DNA of 15,701 nt from Candidatus Thorarchaeota archaeon. Its GTDB lineage: Archaea; Asgardarchaeota; Thorarchaeia; Thorarchaeales; Thorarchaeaceae. The notes beneath the pieces were generated by a model. It ran no database searches. It was not told where the DNA came from and saw only the letters and a program-made list of their open reading frames with translations. Positions 8,302 through 15,081 of this stretch are shown in pieces. The stretch lies in contig JAEORO010000022.1 of assembly GCA_016840855.1 (NCBI GenBank), positions 1 through 15,701 of the forward strand, read 5' to 3'. Position 1 is the first letter of the stretch, and each line of letters opens with the position of its first letter. A program made the translations under genes and the position numbers.

Positions 8302-9069
8302 CTACCCAGCTTTCCTCTTCTTTCGCTCAGTTTCTGACCTGATACTAAGACAAGCACTCATGACCTGCTCAATTGCTTCCTCCTCTTCAAATGCCCTAAG
8401 CATATCCTCAGCATCATCTAAATTGTTGTCAGTAAGAGCTTCACTGAAAGATAGAAGAGTTGCAAGCCAATCCCATCTAGTTTTTGTGATAATCTTCTTA
8501 GCTTTCTCGATTCGCTCTTTCGCCTTGTTCATCTTCTCAATTGTGGCAAAACCCATAGCTGCGAGAGATAGGTTGATCACAGCTCTCTCCGCGTTCCCAT
8601 CATCTATTGCCTTGTCTGCAGCTTTGTCATATAGATTTCCCATATTCTCTGCAGCAGTGAGGAAATATGTACGATTCCCTGTCTTGTGACACGAATAAGC
8701 CGCCCATAGATAGGCTTGAGCAGCAGTTTCTGTCATCCTCTCAAGAAGCGCTTCTTTTGCCGCATTTTCATAGAGAGTCAGTGCAGTCGAAAAATCACTT
8801 ACCTGTCGATATTGTGTAGCAGCTTCGAGATATGCTGTGGCTGCAGCACGATGATCATCATGCTCAACTCTATCCTCTGCATACATGTGATAATACTCTG
8901 CAGCTTTCTTAGTCATTTCAAGTACTCTATCAAGAAAACAGCTTGCAGCGTTTTTGAACTGGTTTGCAGCTTGATAGTATTTCTCAGCCTCGAGAAACTC
9001 ATTGGCTAATCGTTCCCATTGAGAACATTCGTCTTCCACGTTATCTCGACCTGCCTGTGATTCACTCAT
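8302..9069 (-). CDS. Alpha-SNAP (Sec17)-like helical-repeat protein
   Basis: All-alpha and Ala-rich, with repeats A-x-x-x-Y-x-x-A-A at 20-aa spacing (Y60, Y80, Y100, Y120), e.g. RAAATAYLEAATQY. Function unproven. Confidence 0.7.
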   Translation of the reverse strand: MSESQAGRDNVEDECSQWERLANEFLEAEKYYQAANQFKNAASCFLDRVLEMTKKAAEYYHMYAEDRVEHDDHRAAATAYLEAATQYRQVSDFSTALTLYENAAKEALLERMTETAAQAYLWAAYSCHKTGNRTYFLTAAENMGNLYDKAADKAIDDGNAERAVINLSLAAMGFATIEKMNKAKERIEKAKKIITKTRWDWLATLLSFSEALTDNNLDDAEDMLRAFEEEEAIEQVMSACLSIRSETERKKRKAG

Positions 9070-9410
9070 GCAGACTCTTGTATGAGTCTGAACAGGTTAT
9101 GCGTAAAGTGACTGTGCGCTACAAAAATGTAGCTCCGATGTAGAAAGTTCGATTTATCGATACATACAGCAATATCGATTACTATCTTTTAGATATTCAA
9201 TCAACTAACATAGTTCTGTGTAAGGTTTCTTACATTACCTATTATTACTATATACTTACAAAATCTTCTAAGCTTACGTGTAATTTAAATACAAGTTACA
9301 TATATACAATGCATCGAGCTATGTAGGTTTCGCTTTATGGGAGCGGTGTAAGAGAAGTTGGAGAGAACTAGCCCTGCTGGCTAAATCCTTTTCCATAATT
9401 GGAATCAACT

Positions 9411-9436
9411 TGTCGGGAGCCGTTTGGTTCCCGACA
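9411..9436. terminator. GC-rich stem-loop downstream of the HMG-CoA reductase gene
   Basis: TGTCGGGAGCC-GTTT-GGTTCCCGACA forms an 11-bp stem, with one G-U pair on + that is an A-C mismatch on -. It lies 14 nt from stop 9451 and is followed on + by TATTTTCT. The hairpin is certain; its role is not. Confidence 0.55.
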
Positions 9437-9450
9437 CCATCTATTTTCTG

Positions 9451-10713
9451 CTACCTCTGGATCTCTTCTAGAAGCTCTTTTGCTCGTTCAACTTTTACAT
9501 TCTTTTCTTTGACCAGTTTTTCTGCAATGATGTCAACAAGGTCTCCTCGAGCCCCTGCAGTAGCTGCGACATTGCGTGCATGAAGTGCCATGTGCCCTTT
9601 TTGAATGCCTTCAGAAGCTAGTGCTCGAAGTGCAGCAAGATTCTGCGCAAGACCTACACTAGCAATGACGTGGCCTAGCTCCGTAGCAGTTTTCACACCA
9701 AGAATTTTCACACTCGCCCTAGCTGCAGGATGTACTTTGGTTGCCCCACCAACAAGACCTACCGCCATAGGAATCTCAATACTGCCGACAAGATGTCCTT
9801 CTTGCGACTTTTCATACTTGGTGAGTGAGCTATATCCATTCATCGCTGCATAGCTATGAGCACCAGATTCGATTGCTCGGAAGTCATTTCCAGTAGCAAT
9901 TACCACGGCATCAATTCCATTCATTATACCTTTATTATGAGTAGCGCAGCGATAAGGATCAGCTTCAGCAAACGCCCATGCAGCAATAATGTCATTTACG
10001 ACCTCTTCGCCGCCAAGCAGTTCTTTGTCGAAAGTCGCACGTGAACGAACAAGTCTAAACTCAGCGAGGTTGGATAAAATTCGTAGGATGACTCTTCCCC
10101 CTGTTATTCTCTCAATTCTTGGTGCAAGTGCCTCCGCCATGGTATTCACAGCATTTGCGCCCATTGCATCCCGGGTATCCACTATTATCTCAGTAACAAG
10201 CATAACTCCTACTTTGGAGTCGAAAATACGCACGCGGAGATCTTTTGCACCGCCACCAAAACGAACGAGAATTGGATCTTGTTCATTTGCAAATGCGAGA
10301 AGATCCTCTTTTACTTCCATTATCTTTAGTTTCGCAGATTCGGGGTCGAGAACATTAATGGTCTGGATTTGCGCTATCATGTTTGGTCCTGTGTCTGTAG
10401 CAGTAAAACCGCCATGATCTCTCGCCATTCTAGCGGCATTACTGGCTGCTGCAACAACTGATGGCTCTTCAATGGCCATAGGGATTAAGTAGTCCTTTCC
10501 ATTGATTAGAAAATTAGTAGCGATGCCAAGTGGTAGTGTCATTGATCCAACAACATTCTCAATCATATGGTCGAGAACACCCATATCCACCATACCTGGA
10601 TCAACTAATGGCTCCAGTTCCTCATCACTTAGTCCTGTGACTTCTTTCAGCTTTTTGACTCGTTCCTCTCTAGAGAGTTTATAGAAACCTGTAATCCTGG
10701 AGTCGTCAACCAT
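9451..10713 (-). CDS. mvaA: HMG-CoA reductase, class II
   Basis: ENVVG, IEEPSVVAA (catalytic E83), DAMGAN, ILSNL, THNKGIMNG, GNDFRAIE and GIQKGHMALH. SD GAGGT upstream. Confidence 0.97.
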   Translation of the reverse strand: MVDDSRITGFYKLSREERVKKLKEVTGLSDEELEPLVDPGMVDMGVLDHMIENVVGSMTLPLGIATNFLINGKDYLIPMAIEEPSVVAAASNAARMARDHGGFTATDTGPNMIAQIQTINVLDPESAKLKIMEVKEDLLAFANEQDPILVRFGGGAKDLRVRIFDSKVGVMLVTEIIVDTRDAMGANAVNTMAEALAPRIERITGGRVILRILSNLAEFRLVRSRATFDKELLGGEEVVNDIIAAWAFAEADPYRCATHNKGIMNGIDAVVIATGNDFRAIESGAHSYAAMNGYSSLTKYEKSQEGHLVGSIEIPMAVGLVGGATKVHPAARASVKILGVKTATELGHVIASVGLAQNLAALRALASEGIQKGHMALHARNVAATAGARGDLVDIIAEKLVKEKNVKVERAKELLEEIQR

Positions 10714-10771
10714 CTTTTCAACCTCGCATATTAGCTACAACTCTCTAGTTTTCCATAAAAGTTCGACCATA

Positions 10772-10784
10772 GGGTTTAAGACCC
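10772..10784. promoter_or_regulatory. TATA-like element inside a short inverted repeat in the divergent mvaA/glyS promoter region
   Basis: GGGT-TTAAG-ACCC. TTTAAG is about 30 nt upstream of the glyS start, and the minus strand reads CTTAAA. Confidence 0.35.
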
Positions 10785-10807
10785 AAACCAGCGAGCATGC
10801 TGAGTAG

Positions 10808-12334
10808 TTGAGCACAATGAATTCGGAGCGAGATTTCAATGAAATCATTATGAGCCTAGCTAGGAAACGCGGCTTCATTTGGGGACCATCTCCTGAGTTA
10901 TACGGAGGCAGCTCTGGATTTTATGATCTGGGTCCACTTGGTAAATTGCTCAAGAATAGACTTGAGAACCAAATACGCGCCGCTTTTGTTCGTGCCAACT
11001 TTTGGGAGGTTGAGTGTCCAACAGTAAGTCCTAGAGAGGTATGGCTAGCCTCTGGGCATCTAGAAGGTTTCATAGATCCAGTAACTGAGTGTACTAAGTG
11101 CGGTCAGATTTATCGTGCCGATAATCTGATTGCCGAAAAATCTCCAGAAATGAACATTGCTGGTCTGAATGCAGATGGTCTCACTGAAACAATTAGAAAG
11201 ATTGGACTTGTATGTCCATCATGTAAGGGAGACCTTGGTCCTGTGCAAGCATATAATCTCATGATGCAAACCCGGTTGGGTCTTAATCAAGAAGCTTATC
11301 TAAGACCTGAAACTGCAACAACAACATACCTCCTCTTCAAGCGTTTTCTAACATTCTTCAGAGACAAGCTGCCCGCCGCTGTTTTTCAGATTGGCAAGGC
11401 ATATCGGAATGAGATCTCGCCTCGTCAGGGAATGCTTCGTCTTCGAGAATTCACTCAGACCGAAGGCCAGATATTTCTCCTTGAAAAGGACGAGATGGAT
11501 TGGTCACAATTTCATGACATCACTGATGAGAAACTTCCTCTTGTAACCTATAAAGCTCAAGAGAAAGGCAAGTTTGATTCTATTATGACAAAGATGTCAG
11601 ATGCGGTCAAGAATGGCTTCTTTCAAAAACCAGCCTATGCTTGGTGTGTTCATCTAGCTTATACGATTTTCCGCCAAATGGGATTTTCAGACGAAAAGAT
11701 GCGACTTCGACAACATCTCCCGACTGAGAGAGCGCACTATGCAGCAGATGCATGGGATGTAGAGATTCACACAGAAAGCTTTGGTTGGGTCGAGTGTTGT
11801 GGTATTCATGACCGTGGCAACTATGATCTTAGTCGTCATCAGGAATTCTCAAAACAAAACCTGAGTGTCAAAGTGGACAAAGAATACGTAGTACCTGAAG
11901 TGCTTGAGATAGCATTTGGTATTGAGAGACCCCTGTTTTGTTTAATTGACAATTCATTTCGACCTGAGAGCAAAGAACGTGATACTGACTGGCTTCAATT
12001 TCCACCTGAAGTCGCCCCAATTCAAGTTGCTGTATTTCCACTCATGGGTAAACCTGAACTACTTACTCCATCTGAGAAAATATATGATGCAGTCATGGAT
12101 GCTGGTTTTGTTGCTCAATTCGATGTGGGCGGCTCCATTGGGAAGAGATATCGACGACAAGACGAAGTTGGTACTCCATTCTGCATCACAATCGACTATA
12201 CAACCATTGAAGATGAAACCATTACCGTCAGAGACCGTGACACGATGGAACAAGTACGAGTTCACACTAGTGATCTCACTAAAGTCCTGAGGGGTCTAGT
12301 TCGAGGTACAATCCAGTTTAATTCTTTGAAATAA
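10808..12334 (+). CDS. glyS: Glycine--tRNA ligase, alpha2 (archaeal/eukaryotic) type
   Basis: YDLGPLG, ASGH, LRPETA, QIGKAYRNEISPRQG..RLREFTQ.E, AHYA, GWVE, FGIER and anticodon domain GSIGKRYRRQDEVGTPFCITID. Start is TTG 10808 or ATG 10817. Confidence 0.97.
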   Translation: MSTMNSERDFNEIIMSLARKRGFIWGPSPELYGGSSGFYDLGPLGKLLKNRLENQIRAAFVRANFWEVECPTVSPREVWLASGHLEGFIDPVTECTKCGQIYRADNLIAEKSPEMNIAGLNADGLTETIRKIGLVCPSCKGDLGPVQAYNLMMQTRLGLNQEAYLRPETATTTYLLFKRFLTFFRDKLPAAVFQIGKAYRNEISPRQGMLRLREFTQTEGQIFLLEKDEMDWSQFHDITDEKLPLVTYKAQEKGKFDSIMTKMSDAVKNGFFQKPAYAWCVHLAYTIFRQMGFSDEKMRLRQHLPTERAHYAADAWDVEIHTESFGWVECCGIHDRGNYDLSRHQEFSKQNLSVKVDKEYVVPEVLEIAFGIERPLFCLIDNSFRPESKERDTDWLQFPPEVAPIQVAVFPLMGKPELLTPSEKIYDAVMDAGFVAQFDVGGSIGKRYRRQDEVGTPFCITIDYTTIEDETITVRDRDTMEQVRVHTSDLTKVLRGLVRGTIQFNSLK

Positions 12335-12335
12335 T

Positions 12336-12695
12336 TCAGAAGACAATATCCTTACTCATCCTGACCTTTCCATTCTCGATTGGGACACCTTCCTCCTTGC
12401 AATGCTTGCATCTGCTTTCTGCTCTTTTCTTGTCGCCTCCAAAGCTTCCATCTTCTTTCACTACACGATGACAAGCAACAACTGGAAAGAGTGGATTCTT
12501 GTGCAGCGAGTTTGCCACAGCTCGATATGCTTTTGGTTTTCCAATCATCTTTGCGATTCGACCATAGGTGCTCACACTTCCCTTTGGAATCTTGAACGTT
12601 GCTGCGTAAACTTTACTGTCAAACTCGGTGTAACCAGGGATTGAAAGTGTTGCACGTTCCACATCCTCTTCGGATTTGATTTTATTAAGATCCAT
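12336..12695 (-). CDS. ogt: Single-domain O6-alkylguanine-DNA alkyltransferase (MGMT family)
   Basis: IPKG.VSTYG.IA, RAVA, NP...VVACHRVV (acceptor Cys retained) and EGV. SD GAGGT upstream. Confidence 0.88.
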   Translation of the reverse strand: MDLNKIKSEEDVERATLSIPGYTEFDSKVYAATFKIPKGSVSTYGRIAKMIGKPKAYRAVANSLHKNPLFPVVACHRVVKEDGSFGGDKKRAESRCKHCKEEGVPIENGKVRMSKDIVF

Positions 12696-12857
12696 CTCTC
12701 ATACCTCGAAATGATAATCGACTGAATGCAAAAAACGGTTTTCAAATATGGCTCTTTCACTCACAGTAGCCGAGTGTGATATAGAACTACCGAATGGTTG
12801 ACATTGAGAAAGAGAGATAAGGTTCGTAGCATATTTTGGGGACAGAGAGGGTGCTTG

Positions 12858-13307
12858 ATGAGCGAAACAGAACAAAGCGTTGAAATCAAGAGAATACTTG
12901 TTGCAGTTGATGGTTCAGAACATTCTTTGAAAGCAGTCCGTTATGCATGCGCTATGGGTCCTCCTTTAGGTGCAGAGGTAGTCCTACTTCACGTTGTTCC
13001 CATGTTGGTCTCTGCTACTCCCTATCATGATACTGTTTCAGATCAACCATTCCTAGCCCTTCAAAAAGTGGGTGAAGATATTCTCGCTCGAGCTAAGGTA
13101 ATTGCAAACGACCTCAATTGTCAGGTCATCGACATGATTTCCCATGGTGATCCTGCAGCAAAGATAATTGATATTGCACATGATAGAGGTACGAGTATAA
13201 TTATCCTCGGATCTCGAGGTCTAAGTGGAATTCGTAGACTATTTGTTGGCTCTATCAGTGATAAGGTTGTTAGTCAAGCCCATTGTCCTGTGATGATTGT
13301 CCGATGA
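12858..13307 (+). CDS. Universal stress protein (USP), ATP-binding type (149 aa)
   Basis: KRILVAVDGSEHS, LLHVV, GDPA, GSRGLSGIRRLFVGS (G-2x-G-9x-GS) and CPVMIVR. ATG 12858 follows GAGGGTG. Confidence 0.93.
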   Translation: MSETEQSVEIKRILVAVDGSEHSLKAVRYACAMGPPLGAEVVLLHVVPMLVSATPYHDTVSDQPFLALQKVGEDILARAKVIANDLNCQVIDMISHGDPAAKIIDIAHDRGTSIIILGSRGLSGIRRLFVGSISDKVVSQAHCPVMIVR

Positions 13308-14593
13308 TCTTGAAAGACCAAGATGTGATTCATCCTATGGTCGCTTCTGAGAAATATGGTGTTTCAGTTGATATTGGTACGACTAACATCACCATTCATC
13401 TGAGTCGTCTTGTAGATAACAAGTTAATCAACGAACTCACAATCACTAATCCTCAGCGCGATTATGGGGAAGAGATAATCTCTCGTATCGACTTTGCTCG
13501 GAAACCAGAGAATGCATCTTTACTTACTAGAATTGTACGAGCGCAAGTAGGAGATGGAATATCAAGAATTTTGCAGCATGCCAAGTGTAGTCCTCGACTT
13601 GTTGATTCAGTGGTTGTCGTTGGAAACACTGTAATGCACCATCTGTATTTTGGACTCTCCACAAATTCTCTCCTCAAACCCCCATATGTTGCAGAGCATA
13701 AAGGATCTATACTGATTAGTTCTTCAGATGTCGATTTAGATTTGCATGATGATTCCATGTGCTATTCACCTCCAGTGATTGAATCATTTGTAGGTGCTGA
13801 TGCAGTGGCTACAATGCTGGCTAGCGGTATAACAAAATCAGATTCTAACCTAATATCAATCGATGTTGGTACAAATACAGAGATTGCTGCTCTCAATGAA
13901 GGTGAAGTATGGATTGCATCTGCTGCTTCAGGACCTGCATTCGAGGGTATGTCTATTGAATGTGGAACACCTGGAGAATCCGGTGCCATCAGTAGAGTAA
14001 AGATAAGCGCATCTAATCATCAACCATCTTTTGAGGTCATTGGAGGTGGAAAACCTACTGGAATTTGCGGGACAGGAGTAATTTCTGCAATTGCAGGTAT
14101 GTTAGACACAGGGATATTGCTTGCTCGGGGTTCATTCAATAAAGATCTGAGAACTCCATGGTTGGTCACTGATAGCTCAATAATTCATTACATCATTGCT
14201 ACTGCTTCTGAGTCTGCAACTAACTCAAAAATTGTGTTGACACAGCCTGATGTTCGAATGATTCAACAGTCGAAAGCATCTATTCGTGCTGCGCTCGGAA
14301 TTGTTCTTCAGAACGCTCGATTAATACCTGATGATGTTTCGACTCTTTATCTTACTGGAGTATTTGGTACTGGATTGGTAGTAGATGATGCAATTAGGAT
14401 TGGGCTTCTTCCAGAACTGGTTAATACTGAGATTAAGCAAGTTCGTGGTGGGGCAAGTATTGGAGCTGATCTCTTACATAACCAAGAATATCGAGATGCT
14501 GCAGAGAAACTCGTAGCTAAAGCAAATTACATCGAATTAACAGACAACACTGAATTCAAGAGAAAATTTACCGAGTGTCTTCCGTTTCCCTAG
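13304..14593 (+). CDS. ASKHA-type ATPase, reductive activator of corrinoid proteins (RACo/RamA-like, DUF4445), no Fe-S domain (429 aa)
   Basis: DIGTT, NPQ..YG.EIISRI, VGNTVMHH, FVGAD, DVGTNTEI, GPAFEG, GICGTG and Q..KASI. ATG 13304 overlaps the USP stop (ATGA). Confidence 0.88.
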   Translation: MILKDQDVIHPMVASEKYGVSVDIGTTNITIHLSRLVDNKLINELTITNPQRDYGEEIISRIDFARKPENASLLTRIVRAQVGDGISRILQHAKCSPRLVDSVVVVGNTVMHHLYFGLSTNSLLKPPYVAEHKGSILISSSDVDLDLHDDSMCYSPPVIESFVGADAVATMLASGITKSDSNLISIDVGTNTEIAALNEGEVWIASAASGPAFEGMSIECGTPGESGAISRVKISASNHQPSFEVIGGGKPTGICGTGVISAIAGMLDTGILLARGSFNKDLRTPWLVTDSSIIHYIIATASESATNSKIVLTQPDVRMIQQSKASIRAALGIVLQNARLIPDDVSTLYLTGVFGTGLVVDDAIRIGLLPELVNTEIKQVRGGASIGADLLHNQEYRDAAEKLVAKANYIELTDNTEFKRKFTECLPFP

Positions 14594-15075
14594 TAGATGA
14601 GTTCATCCTCATGGAAGATCTCTCCTCTTCTTATTCGCGAAGATGAGAGTGGTCTTCCATCATCTGTTCTTACTCGAGGTATGACTATTATGTGGAATCT
14701 CTTGAGGCCATTATCAACCCGTTTCTGATTGATATCAAACGCATTTTGAACCACGCCAATTTCATCTGAAACAATGAGCGCCTCCAGATCTTTCATTTTA
14801 TCAGCACCGCCCTCAGTTGTTTCAATTGGGAAAATGCTTACTCTCTCAATATCAAGCTCAGCTTTGATGAATTTCATCAATTCGGCATGACGAACATCAT
14901 ATGGCTGGATGAGCTTTCTATCGCTCTTATACTCCAACATCTTATCAGTTGTAAGACCGAGTGCTACAGTCTTGCTAAGTCTGAATGATGTGCGGATTAT
15001 ATGTTTGTGCCCCTCATGAAGATGGTCAAATGTGCCAGCGAACACAACCTTATTGTATTGCCAGCCATCTGACAC
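14590..15075 (-). CDS. coaD: Phosphopantetheine adenylyltransferase, archaeal/eukaryotic type
   Basis: GTFDHLHEGH (HxGH), GLTTD, ALIVS.E, IN..R..NGL and LSSSRIR. Shares a 4-nt CTAG stop overlap with the convergent gene. Confidence 0.88.
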   Translation of the reverse strand: MSDGWQYNKVVFAGTFDHLHEGHKHIIRTSFRLSKTVALGLTTDKMLEYKSDRKLIQPYDVRHAELMKFIKAELDIERVSIFPIETTEGGADKMKDLEALIVSDEIGVVQNAFDINQKRVDNGLKRFHIIVIPRVRTDDGRPLSSSRIRRGEIFHEDELIY

Positions 15076-15081
15076 TAGAAC

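Noticed and set aside
9119-9352. Repeated short motifs as a CRISPR array or MITE
   Set aside because: The repeats are only 5-6 bp, irregularly spaced and in both orientations. No terminal inverted repeats or target duplication.
9358-9384. Tiny + strand ORF (TTG start, MERTSPAG)
   Set aside because: Eight codons, weak start and no clear SD, so it is indistinguishable from chance.
9411-9436. Hairpin 3' of mvaA as a SECIS element
   Set aside because: mvaA has no in-frame TGA, and the hairpin lacks both the AUGA/GA core and the GAA/A bulge geometry.
9070-9450. AT-rich intergenic region as a Cdc6/Orc1-type replication origin
   Set aside because: No ORB elements with G-strings and no adjacent cdc6/orc1 gene.
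12732-12742. AAAAC-G-GTTTT dyad between ogt and usp
   Set aside because: Short and low-complexity, expected by chance in AT-rich promoter DNA.
13283-13303. Extension MSCDDCP giving the RACo protein a CxxC
   Set aside because: It lies inside the USP coding sequence. ATG 13304 with an ATGA overlap is the more plausible start, and two Cys cannot form a ferredoxin domain.
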